Below, piece after piece: positions 11,307 through 23,486 of a stretch of DNA of 64,000 nt. The notes below the pieces were generated by a model. That model had not been told where the DNA came from, did not search any database, and was given only the letters and a program-made list of their open reading frames with translations. The stretch covers positions 8,631,124 to 8,695,123 of the forward strand of contig CM082596.2 in assembly GCA_040954595.2 (NCBI GenBank), written 5' to 3'. Every line of letters starts with the position of its first letter. The stretch's first letter is position 1. A program made the translations under genes and the position numbers. This DNA is from Balanoglossus misakiensis (Eukaryota; Animalia; Hemichordata).

Positions 11307-12149
11307 CAGTAGAACGTCGATTATCCGAACAGCTAGGGGGACAGGCTTTTGGTTCGGTTATGCGATCAGTTCGGATACGCAAACTTAGGGGGGCGGGGTC
11401 ACATCTGACATATAACACGCATACATAAACCCGTCCATAGTAGACAAGACACATCGTTTTCCATTCTATTTTTATTTCTAAGTAAATTTGGATGGTTTCA
11501 AATACTGCACAAAGTAAAATTATGAGAAAGTAAAAAATAAATAAAAGAATGGTGACGTGAGGTCGAGGACGTGACGCTCGCTTCATGACATAGCCATGAT
11601 GGCATGGACAGTAATGGCGGAAGCAATGCGATGTCGGTCGGTTCGATGTTTCTCGGCAGATCACTACTGGAATTACAAATGGTGAAATTTCCCAAAACCC
11701 AAGGGTTTTAAACACTTCTACCGAACTAGTTAACACTTTCAAGTTTTGACAAAATGCCGCGAACGTTTAATGAAGAAGCCGACCATCGGTCGCAACCTTT
11801 TAGCCAGGCTGGCAAAGCTTTGCGGCTGACGAACCGTGCCATTGTCGAGCTGTTTATTTTCACACCTCTTGCGATTGCATCCAAATGATTCATACCCGAG
11901 GATACAAAACATTAACACTTTCAGAATTAAAACAAAAGGCTAATGGGCGGTAAGGTTGTTTAAAGAAATAACTTTTTAAAAGAGGAAAGTGCTGTATGAT
12001 GCCTTCCTTTGACAGCGAGAGCCGTGAATATCAAACAATGGTTAACAAGGTATACGCCTAGTACAGGTAGACTTTTCGGGGGACACAGAGTGAGTTCGGA
12101 TGACAGAACAATGCGGATAATCGACGTGCGGATAATCGACGTTCTACTG
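11307..12149. mobile_element. Tc1/mariner-pogo type non-autonomous DNA transposon
   Basis: TIRs CAGTAGAACGTCGATTATCCG / CGGATAATCGACGTTCTACTG flanked by TA. Confidence 0.85.
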
Positions 12150-12393
12150 TATAGTGGTTCAAGGTGTTCTACCGGTAAACAGTGAATGACATCAGTATCC
12201 TCAAATTTTTTACCAACAATTGTACAATTGTTTGTTTGTTGATTTATTGATTGATTGATTGATTTCAAAGAAGACCAGGGGGCACAATTAAGTCCCATTT
12301 GCAGGCTCCATATATATTCCTAGGGGTATTAATTGTGTTCCCTTACTGACTTGTTTCTGTACACATAAATGGCAGCTTTTGTTTCTTGCACAG

Positions 12394-12504
12394 GATGGCA
12401 ACACAGCACTCCACATGGCAGCAATGGGTCATCACTCTTGGCAACAAAATTTTGTTGTGAAACTGTTGCTGCACTATGGAGCTGATATTGACTGCAAAAA
12501 TAAG
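12394..12504 (+). CDS. Divergent ankyrin-repeat exon (DGNTALHMAAMGHHSWQQNFVVKLLLHYGADIDCKNK)
   Basis: TTTCTTGCACAG acceptor, AAG|GTAC donor, 111 bp, phase 0, ankyrin consensus. Confidence 0.85.
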
Positions 12505-13038
12505 GTACAATCTTCTATTGCAATATTTTATTGCATGATGCTCTACACCATGTGTTCTGATCAACTCCCAATATTTCTTCACAATATTGAAATTTGAAGT
12601 GATGGGTATGGGTAAGTTTATTTGTAGAATTTTATCAAAACTATTCTTACAAAAAACACATAGTTAATTATGAGTTTTTTCCAATATATTCAGCATGTAG
12701 ATTCCTGTAGATCCATTGCACTTTTTGGTATTCTAATACTAAGACTGTGAGGTTATTACGAAAAATACCACAAAGTATGCATGAGAACATTAGTGCCAGT
12801 CGTATCGCCAGACGTGTACTATACATCTTACATCTCCATTAGTTTTTGCATTTCATATTACTTGGCTTTCATGTGATGTGGTCATTCTTTGTATGAACAA
12901 TTTGAAATTAAAATTGAGTTCAAAATTTTGCTGGAATTTAATGAGTTACCATTTGTTACAGTATTTAATAAATATCTTATCAATATCAACATTATACATG
13001 TAACTGATAGTTACGTTTTTTATCCCAATAAAACTTAG

Positions 13039-13107
13039 ATCGGAAAGACACCACTTGATGTCGCTGCAAGTAGGTCTGTTAAGGATGTGCTGTTGGATAA
13101 CATTAGG
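13039..13107 (+). CDS. C-terminal ankyrin capping exon (IGKTPLDVAASRSVKDVLLDNIR)
   Basis: AAACTTAG acceptor, AGG|GTGAGT donor, 69 bp, phase 0, GxTPLDxA motif. Confidence 0.8.
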
Positions 13108-14577
13108 GTGAGTAAAATTTTTCTTAAATTTGAATAATATATGACCTGCAATGTGCAAATTCTAATGTATCCTGAATTAAGAGTGTCTGTAAATATCAAT
13201 GTAATAATTTGCTACTTAATTCATGTATTTTAATTATTTCTTTATTCAACAAGAAACGAGATGAGTTCAGTGACCTGATGAAGGAATCAGGTATTTGGTG
13301 AAGGTGTAAACAGCAAACTTCTCATCGACCTTCTGGAGGATTTTGAGCTTCTCTGTCATGCACATGGCCTCACAAAGACTGGAGAGAAACTTTTCTTCAT
13401 ACCAGGACTTCAAGATGATGATATGCCTGAAGGCCATTGGGAGAAGAGCGAAGTGAAGACAATTGATTTTGGGAGACGATTCGAATGCCAATTAGATGAA
13501 ACAGATTCCTTTACGGCAGGCTTTTTCCCAAAATTACAGACCCGTCTATATAAGCGTTTCACCAACCTTGGCCAACCACCCAGTGGCTTATGGAGAAGTA
13601 TCACAGTGTGCCATGATGTTGAAGGTCTTGTCTTTATGACCAATGGCAGAAGGGCAGTCAATGTCTGCGTACGAGTTGAAGACAAGAAGTTGATTGGTGA
13701 GGGCCATGAGCTTCTTGAGATGGTTTCCAAAGACATACAGGATGTCTTCTCAATTGCCTGTCCAGGCAACAGGATGATCGAATCAGCTTATCCTGAGTGC
13801 AGACTCTCTTGCAAACCACGACATGGAACAAGTTTGGTTTTACACTCTTGATGACGTGCTACACGCAGAAGACATTGGAAAGAAAGTGTACAACAAAGAA
13901 GTCGGTGAACCAAAAGATATTTGTGACCTGCTTTGTCAAGGTCATGACACAACGATCTTACTGAAGAAGTGGAAACGCTGTGATATCAAATGGATGCTTG
14001 AAGATACCAGACACAAAGTGACCATGAGAATGGACATTGAGCGTGGAGACCCTTCTTTGCACTATGCCAGCATAGCCGAATGGATGGGCATAAAATACAC
14101 GGATGTGCGGACATTTGAAGAACAAGCTCGTCGCACTGGCCGACCAGTTACAGAGTACCTCTTCAAAGAGTGGTGTCGCAGATGGGCTGAGAGGAAACAA
14201 CATCAAAGTGGAAAATACACTGGCAGGTGCCAGAGCCATCTCACCTAACATAGATGCCACCAAAGGTCGTTCAGCAAAAATGTCACACTCATCAACATCA
14301 TCCCCACCAACAAGATTCTGATGAAGAAGTGAATGCTCAGAAAACAAGACAGAAGTATCCACATTTAAAGGGACCAGGCTCTTCGAAAGCAACTTTGAGA
14401 ATCTGTTGGCAATTTTCAAGACCATGGGAAGAGACGACATGGTAACGTTGATTGAAGAGATGTTCGAAGAAATTGTGAAAACACAAACGAAATGAACAGA
14501 TAACATGTGTAAATTCCACCCAGTATTAACCAAAACAGTGTGTGTTAAATTGTCATAAAAATGTCAGGTGCCTTTGA

Positions 14578-14583
14578 AATAAA
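14578..14583 (+). promoter_or_regulatory. Candidate polyadenylation signal of the Roco-like gene
   Basis: AATAAA ~80 bp after the TGA at 14493-14495. Confidence 0.35.
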
Positions 14584-15655
14584 TGATCTGGAAACATTAT
14601 AACCATGTACCCCTATGTCAGTTCAGACCAGTGTAGACACCTAAATGGTGGTCCAGAATTGAAAAAGAAACTTTAGACCTCAAATCTTTCGTTTCGAAAT
14701 AGTAATATTATAGTCTAAAAATGCAAACAGTGTCATACAACAGTGAAAAGGTTGACACAGTGTATTTTTTGCCGTTTGTGAATCTGATGACCAGGAGGTG
14801 GTCTTTGAGCAATGTGTATTCAACCTACAAACTATAGTTAAAAGAGTGCATTTCTCATGTCTTAAATACAATGTACGGTAGATGTCGAATAAAAAGGTAA
14901 TCCGAGACTAGTATTTCTGCAATGGCATTTTCAAATACCACACGTACAGTATATAGAGTGATAAGTGTGTGTGATTCTCAATGTACATGTATCTATTAAT
15001 TGCCAATGCAGCCCAACAAAATATCTATAACCAATCATGAATGTACATTAGAGTTTGGTTCATTTTTGTTTGTGTGATAGATTTAAACTTCTGTCTCATG
15101 GAGAGACGCAAATAACCATTTTTGAAGTGTGTTTTATTGTAAGTTTTTTAATGCTCCGTAAAGTTTGTATCTTCTTTACATGTTATATAAAGAGGCCACT
15201 AATTCTTAATCCCTATGAGTATTTTAAAGCCTCAGTATTTCTCGTAGGGGCAAAATTTTGTTTGAAACGGCATCTATAATTTCTAAAAGTAGATGATAAT
15301 TGATTCTGAATCGAACAGTCATCATCCCCAGCTCTGCTCATAAACTCATACAATTTACAATATAACGAGTGAAGAATGACTTTCTGTCCTTACAGAAAGT
15401 CAGGCTCTGTTGACACACGTGACTACTGCGCATGCGCACTCAAATGTGAATCTATGCGGAAGAGGTTTGGTCGCCCCAAATCAAGTGACTCAGCGAAGAA
15501 ATGCGCACTAATTCGGCGAAATTTTGGGAAGATAACTTTATGGGAGAAATCAGTCGATGGAACCAGATCAAATCCGAAAATGGTCTGACCATCAAATGTC
15601 AAAGTGGCACGTTTGCTGATCGACATGTGCAACATGTCCGTTGTAAATTATTGAC

Positions 15656-16740
15656 AGATGTCTATCAAGTTTGCGAAGAGGAATGTGATTGGTCGAAGAT
15701 TATGGCGGCCATATTGGATTTTGTGAAAAACGATTAAAAAGTAAAAATTCCCTTTCTAGCCTAAAAATTGATAGCACAGAAATTCTTTTTACGGATATGA
15801 ATCATCATATGCCAAGAATAAGCTATAAATATTTTGGTAATTTTGGCAATGACCATTGACCTACTTTTGACGCATGATTTTTCTGCATATCTAATTCCAG
15901 GCTAACCAATAGGGCTATAAGTTTGGTTTTTGATGTATGTGGATTTGTATGTGATCCAAAAATTTTGCTACTTTTCATGACCCCTTTGACCTCTACTGAC
16001 CTCATTAAATATGCACATACCTAATTACAGATGAACCAATAGACCTAGAGGTTTTGTTTTTGTTATACATGGACCAGTATGGGGTCAAAATATTTTGCCC
16101 AAATGTTGGGTGACCTCGGGTGACCTTTGACCTACTTTTGCATATCTCGACATCCACAGCAGATACAGCCTTGGCGTTTGGAGGTATGGGGCCATAATGA
16201 AAAGCCAAAGTTTGGGGTCACCTGTGACACCTGCTTAACTCATTAATTATGTGCATACCTAATTCTAGGCTAACCAAAAGGGCTAGAGATCTGGTTTTTG
16301 TTGGACATGGACCACTATGGGTCAAAATTTTCTGCCCAAATTTTGGATGACCTCAGATGACCTTTGACTACTTTTGCATATCTCGGCATCCAAAGCAGGT
16401 ACAGCCTTGGCATTTGGAGGTATGGGGCCATAATGAAAAGCCAAAGTTTTGGGTCACCTGTGACACCTGCTTTACGCATCCAGGCTAACCAAAAGGGCTA
16501 GAGGTCTGGTTTTTGTTGGACATGGACCACTATGGGTCAAAATTTTCTGCCCAAATGTTGGGTGACCTCTGGGTGACCTTTGACCTACTTAACACTTTAA
16601 CAGCACGAAACATAGATATAACCTTGATATTTCATGGGATAAAACAGCATTATGTTTCTACTCATTAATTATGTGCATATCTAATAATCAGATCAGATAA
16701 TAGAGCTTGGGCCCGGACAATGCTGCTTGCAGCTTTAATT
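15656..16740 (-). mobile_element. Inverted, 3'-truncated HINE-like element closely related to the innermost nested copy (30752-32710)
   Basis: Reverse complement of TTAAAGCTGCAAGCAGCATTGTCCGGGCCCAAGC at ~16705-16740, with the same ~238-bp internal repeats. Confidence 0.85.
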
Positions 16741-17730
16741 CATTTTTTTATTATTAATAATAATAATAATTAATATTTCCCAATTTTAACACAAAATAGA
16801 TCACAATAACAATAATACTATTTTTCATAATAATAATAATAATTATTATTATTATTAATATTTTTTGCCATTTTTATTCATAATAATAATAATAAAACTA
16901 TGTTTTTATTCATTTTACCACAACTATGAGCCTGAGTTCCCTGTGATCAAAACATCACAGCATATACGTGTACAGTGAGTATTTGTTATTATGCAAAGTT
17001 TGAATTCAAGTCCGGAGTAGAATTCATTTGTCAACAATATCAGTGGTGGTTACACACGTGCATTACCTTCTTTTTGTCTATATGCAATGGTAATGAGGGT
17101 GACTATTTTTAGGGTCGTCTTTGTTCTACATTAGCGAGCATTCGCTGGTCTATCGTGGCCCCTACACGACAATTTTAATTTATTATTTTGAAAGTTAAAC
17201 TTTAATTTTAGATAGACCATATCTTTTCCCAAGAAGTAAACTTTAATTTTGGTGGCGGCAACTAATTTTGATGGACAAAACTTTTTGATTTTGACAGTAA
17301 AACTTTAATTTTACTTATCACAAATTTTATTTTTCGAAAGCAAATTTTATTTTTTCCAAGAATAATATTTTAATAAAGATTTATTTTGTCTAAAATAAAC
17401 AGTAACAACTTGAGATAAACTTATTCATACTACATGGATTTTTTTTTTCAAAAAAGTATGTTTTAATTTTTAAAGAAAAAGTTTATTTTCTAAAATAACA
17501 AATTATTTTTCCCAGGTGAAAATATTTTACGGAGTTAAATTTTTATTTACATTTAAATAACCTTTAAACACTCGAGATAAAATTATCTGTACTCGATGGA
17601 ATTATTTAACTTTTTAAAACAAAACATTTTTATTGCTTAAGAAAAAAAAATATTTACTAAAGTAACAAATTATTTTTCCCGGGTGAAAATTTTATTTTAC
17701 AGGGATAAATTTAATCTGATTTCTAGTAAC
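16741..17730. repeat. AT-rich low-complexity region with (TAA)n tracts and degenerate internal duplications
   Basis: (TAA)n at 16750-16900, repeated AAACTTTAATTTT, and a duplicated AACAAATTATTTTTCCC.GGTGAAAAT. Confidence 0.6.
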
Positions 17731-18951
17731 ACAACTTATATGGGGGCGCTCTTTCTAATGCTACTGACAAACTTTTGTTATGAGGGCGCAATTCAGGTTT
17801 CGGCGTGCGAATTTCTTTTACATGCTTGACAAAATATATTTTCAGAACAGACTGAGAAAGCAAAATATTTTTTTCTTCGCGGCGGAAATGAAGCTATCCC
17901 ACAATTCCCGTACATGAGGACGTTACAGGAGTACATAAATCCAACAAACAGATGAGATGGCTATCTATCCACAGTGCAATATTTACAGATTGTATCTACT
18001 ACGGCCCGGGCAGACAAATCCGGACAATTTCGCCGACGTATCGTAGACCTTTGAATGACGCTGTCGATCAAATCGAATACAAGATCTAGGGGAGTCGGTC
18101 CGTGGGAGAAATCGGCCAGGTGCGAACTTGGCTCGTAGGATCGTTTAAATTAAAGTCCTTTAAATTATGTTTCGTGTATGCGTCACATTTTACGTGTACA
18201 GTAAACCACAGTGCTAGTGCTGCTCTGTCCCTGTCCCTTGGCAGTTTGTGGAGTGACCGTGGTACAGTCGCCGCCGTTTAATCAGGACACCATGGGCGCA
18301 GACAAAACATCCCCATTAACCGGCTGTTCCATTTAGGGTAAAATGGTCGATCCCACCCACACATGTTCACCTAGTCTTGCTCCAAGACTGTGTGATACTG
18401 AAAAAGAAATGCGCGTCCGCGTTGCGTCCTGTGGACGCGACGCTAATCTGGCGGCGCGTCGTACGAAAGTTCCATTCCTTATCGACAGGCACAGCGACTG
18501 CCATAGAGTCTAATGTTCACCTTACACGCTATTGTTTACTTGGACATCGACGGCAAACAATTTCCATATGATGATTGACTTTCGCGCTGATTATCGTACC
18601 CACGGCGGCCGACTGACCACGCTGAGTATATATAGCCGCTCTAGAAAACATGACCTCAGACAGATCCCTCGGGACCATGCCTCGAATTCAACGATCACGT
18701 AGATGGACGCGCTGCCGCGTATGAGGTCACCGGGGAGCTTTCCAAAGTGGTCACCCGAAATTGGAAGGGCCAGCCGGTTAATCGAAACATAATTTAAATT
18801 CCTTTCAACCAACAACAACTGGACACAGAGTGTAATGCCCACGGTTGCACGAGCACACGTGTGTACGAACAAATTAGACTTCCGGCTAAAGACGATTGGA
18901 GTCGGCTTCGGATTCAGCTTTGGTTTCGGGTTCGAGTGAACCACTGGTAAC

Positions 18952-19080
18952 CACAGGTAGCTGTGATATTTCTATGTCGGAGAATTATAGTGAGGTCATT
19001 AGTTATCCCGTGCTCGTTCTGCGGGATAACTAATGACCTCACTATAATTCTCTGACATAGAAATATCACGGCTACCTGTG
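18952..19080. mobile_element. 129-bp hairpin MITE with 8-bp TSD (hAT or P-like)
   Basis: 59-bp arms with 2 mismatches, CACAGG...CCTGTG termini, TSD CTGGTAAC at 18944-18951 and 19081-19088. Confidence 0.9.
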
Positions 19081-19144
19081 CTGGTAACTGTGGTAACTGA
19101 TGGAAAACTACAGCGTAATTGTGAAGAGCGTCACCAAAGGTTAA

Positions 19145-22100
19145 AATATAGCTGCAAGCAGCGATGACGGGCACAAGCTTAAGCCGAAGGTCAAAGGTCA
19201 TATGTGGTCACCCAAAATTTGGGCAAAAAGTTTTGACCCCCATACTAGTCCAGGTCCAACAGAAACCTGACCTCTAGCCCTATTGGTTTGTCTGAAATTA
19301 GATATGCACATAATTAATGATGTAAAGTGTAAGACTCCATTAATAGTTCGATCCATCCAAACACAAATGCTGTACCTGTTCTGGATGCCAAGATATAGCA
19401 AAGTAGGTCAAAGGTCACCTAAGGTCACCCAAAATTTGGGCAAAATTTTTGACCCCATACTGATCCATGTCCCACAAGAACAAAACCTCTAGCCCTATTG
19501 GTTAGCCTGGAATTAGGTATGCGCATAATTAATGAGATATGCAGGTGTCACTGGTGACCCCAAATTTTGGCTTTTCAATTTTAGTCCCAACCCTCCAAAC
19601 GCCAAGTCTTTGCCTGCTCTGGTTGCCAAGATATGGTAAATTAGGTCAAAGGTCACCTGAGGTCATGCAAAATTTGGGCAAGAAATTTTGAGCCTATACT
19701 GGTCGATGTTCAACAAAAATCAAACCTCTAACCCTATTGGTTAGCCTGTAATTAGGTATGCACATAATTAATGAGATAAGCAGGTGTCACAGGTGACCCC
19801 CAAATTTGGCTTTTCAATTATAGTCCCAACCCTCCAAACGCCAAGTTTGTACCTGCTATTGATGCGGAGATATAGGAAAGTAGGTCAAAGGTCACCTGAG
19901 GTCACCCAGAATTTGGGCAAATTTTTTTAACCCCATACTGGTCCAAGACCAAAAAGAACGAAACCTCTAGCCCTATTAGTTAGCCCGGAATTAGGTATGC
20001 ACATAATTAATGAGTTTAGCAGGTGTTACAGGTGAGCCCGAAATTTTGCCTTTTAATGTGGTCCCATTCTGCTCATGGGCCAGTAGGCAGTCTCTGTACA
20101 GGACCATTGCACAGACGTGTACATGGCGTCATAGCTTAACTATAGAAAGTATAGGCCCGTGGCTGGGTCCAAAAATATGAAAAACTACTAATATTTACAA
20201 GTCTTCTTCTCAAAATAGACTTGGCCCACGGCCTTGATATTTGGCATGTAGGACACTGATCACATGGTCCACAAAAGTTGCTAAAAGAATTTCGATATCT
20301 CCATTCATATGCAAATTAGGCCCATTTGAAAACTTTGCCCATATATGGTCATCAAGCCACATGACTATATAAACATTCACAGGGATACTGCACCAGCTCT
20401 CATAGGCCTGCACCATTGTGCCAAGTTTGAGATTTGTAGGTTCAGCCGTTTTCAAGATCTACCTGAGCAAAAAAACTACACAAGAAAAAAAAAAAGATGA
20501 ATATAGCTGCAAGCAGCGATGACGGGCCCAAGCTTAAGCCAAAGGTCAAAGGTCATAAGCGGTCACCCGAAATTTGGGCAAGAAATTTTGACCCCATACT
20601 GGTCCGTGTCTCACAAGAACAAAATCTCTAGCCCTATTGGTTCGCCTACAATTAGGTATGCGCATAATTAATGAGATAAAGTGTAAGGCTCCATCAGGAG
20701 TTCCATCCCTCCAAATGCCAAGGCTGTATCTGCTGTGGATGCCGAGATATGGTAAAGTAGGTCAAAGGTCACCTGAGGTCACCCAAATTTTGGGCAAAAA
20801 ATGTTGACCCCATACTGGTCCATGTTCAGCATAAATCAAACCTCTAGCCCTATTGGTTAGCCTGGAATTAGGTATGCACATAATTAATGAGATAAGCAGG
20901 TGTCACAGGTGACCCCAATTTTGGCTTTTCAATTTTAGTCCCAACCCTCCAAACGCCAAGTCTGTACCTGCTCTGGTTGCGGAGATATAGGAAAGTAGGT
21001 CAAAGGTCACCTGAGGTCACCCAACATTTGGGCAATGTTTTTTAACCCCATACTGCTCCATGTCCCACAAGCACGAAACCTCTAACCCTACTGGTTAGCC
21101 TGGAATTAGGTATGCACATAATTAATGAGATATGCAGGTGTCACAGGTGACCCCTATTTTGGCTTTTCAACTTTAGTCCCAACCCTCCAAACGCCAAGTC
21201 TGTACCTGCTGTGGATGCCGAGATATAGGTAAGTAGGTCAAAGGTCACCTGAGGTCACCCAAAATTTGGGCAGAAAATTTTGACCCATAGTGGTCCATGT
21301 CCAACAAAAACCAGACCTCTAGCCCTTTTGGTTAGCCCAGAATTAGGTATGCACATAATTAATGAGTTAAGCAGGTGTTACAGGTGAGCCTAAAATTGTG
21401 CCTTTTATTTTGGTGCCATTGTGCTCACTGACCAATAGACAGTCACTGTACAGGACTATTGCACAGACCAGAATTCCACAATAAGACATAGACATAGCTT
21501 AACCATAGAGGTATAATTAAAGGTATAAATTTAATAAAAAAATTAATATAAAAAAATCGGTCGATTTTTCATATTATTTTTTTTGCTTAAAATTATTGAC
21601 AAATGCAAGGCTAGCTGCACACCAAAGTTGGAGATGATCGGCCTAACAGATTTTGAGATATGTATGCATATTTATCCAAAATACGATGTGGTCATAGCTT
21701 TACTATGTAAAGTATAGGCCGATGGCTTGGGCGAAAAAATATGAAAAATAATACTTAAAAATCTTCTTCTCAAAATTGACATGGCCTATGGCCTTGACAT
21801 TGGGCATGTAGAACCCTGGCCATATGGCCCACAAAGTATCTTAACAGAATTTTGATATCTCCATTCATATGCAAATTAGGCCGATTTGAAAACTTTGCCC
21901 ATATATGGTCATCAGGTCACGTGACTTATTAAACATTCACAAGGGTACTGCACTAGCTCTCATTGGCCTGCACCATTGTGCCAACTTTGAAATTGGTAGG
22001 TTTAGCCGTTTTCCAGATCTAGCTGGCCGAAAAAACTACACAAGAAAAAAAAGAAGTAGAAGAAATATAGCTGCAAGCAGCAATAGCGGGCCCAAGCCAA

Positions 22101-23454
22101 CATAGCACATAGCAACATAGCAATAAGCATATCTGCACTTGATACCAAGATATGGTAAAGTAGGTCAAAGGTCAACTGAGGTCATGTTATATTTAGGCAA
22201 GACATTTTTACCCTATACTGGTCCACGTTCAACAAAAACCAAACCTATAGCACTATTGGTTAGCCTGGAATTAGGTATGCACATAATTAATGAGGGAGGC
22301 AGGTGTCACAGGTGACCCCCAATTTTGGCTGTTCAATTTTAGTCCAACCCTCCAAACCCCAAGACTGTACCTGCTCTGGATGTCAAGATCTGGTAAAGTA
22401 GGTCAAAGGTCACCTGAGGTCATGCAAAATTTGGGCAAGAAATTTTGACCCTATACTGGTCCATGTTAAGCAAAAACTAAACCTATAGCCCTATTGGTTA
22501 GCCTGGAATTAGGTATGCACATAATTAATAAGGTAGGCAGGTGTCACAGGTGACCCCCAATTTTGGCTTTTCAATTTTAGTCCCAACCCTCCAAACACCA
22601 AGTCTGTACTTGCTCCGGATGCCAAGATCTGGTAAAGTAGGTCAAAGGTCACCTGAGGTCATGCAAAATTTTGGCAAGAAATGTTGACCCTATACTGGTC
22701 CATATCCAACAAGAACGAAACCTCTAGCCCTCTTAGTTAGCCCAGAATTAGGTATGCACATAATTAATGAGTTAAGCAGGTGTTACAGGTGAGCCCAAAA
22801 TTTTGCCTGTTATTTTGGTCCCATTGTGCTCACTGCCCAATACACAGTCACTGTACAGGACCGTTGCACAGACCAGAATTCCACACCAAGACGTGTAGTG
22901 TTCATAGCTTAACTATAGAGGTATAAGTAAAAAGGTATAAATTTAATTTAAAAAATTAATATAAAAAAATCGGTCGATTTTTCATATTATTTTTTTCGCT
23001 TAAAATGATTGACAAATGCTAGGCTAGCTGCACACCAAAGTTTGAGATGATCAGCCTAACAGATTTTGAGATATGTATGCATATTTATCCAAAATAATAT
23101 GTGGTCATAGCTTTACTATGTAAAGTATAGGCCGATGGCTTGGGCGAAAAATATGAAAAATAATACTTAAAAATCTTCTCCTCAAAATTGACATGGCCTA
23201 TGGCCTTGACATTTGGCATGTAGAACCCTGGCCATATGGTCCATAAAGTATCTGAACAGAATTTTGATATCTCAATTCATATGCAAATTAGGGCGATTTG
23301 AAAATTTTGCCCATATATGGTCATCAGGTCACGTGACTAATTAAACATTCACGAGGGTACTGCACCAGCTCTCATTGGCCTGCACCATTGTGCTAAGTTT
23401 GAAATTGGTAGGTTCAGCCGTTCTCCAGATCTAGCTGGACAAAAAAACGACAAG

Positions 23455-23486
<32 letters not shown>

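Larger units (their letters stand above)
1815..14495 (+). pseudogene. Ankyrin repeat - (ROC deleted) - COR - death domain gene, DAPK-like Roco family; multi-exon, disrupted; 5' end outside the window
   Basis: 14 ANK exons, ANK exon 12394-12504, capping exon 13039-13107, and a terminal exon from 13254. The terminal exon has COR-like LLEDFELLC..FFIPG..W..GRRFEC..FTAGFFPKLQTRL..LWRS and death-domain-like SIAEWMGI..VRTFE..PVTEYLFKEW..ENLLAIFKTMGRDDMVTLIEE. Frameshifts occur at ~13290, ~13790 and ~14200-14340. Confidence 0.75.

Noticed and set aside
1815-14495. Calling the ankyrin gene DAPK1
   Set aside because: No kinase domain is in the window, ROC is missing, and the similarity is only family-level.
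17880-18940. GC/CpG-richer island as a promoter or RNA gene
   Set aside because: No recognisable tRNA, snRNA or ORF motif and no defined ends. A call cannot be supported.
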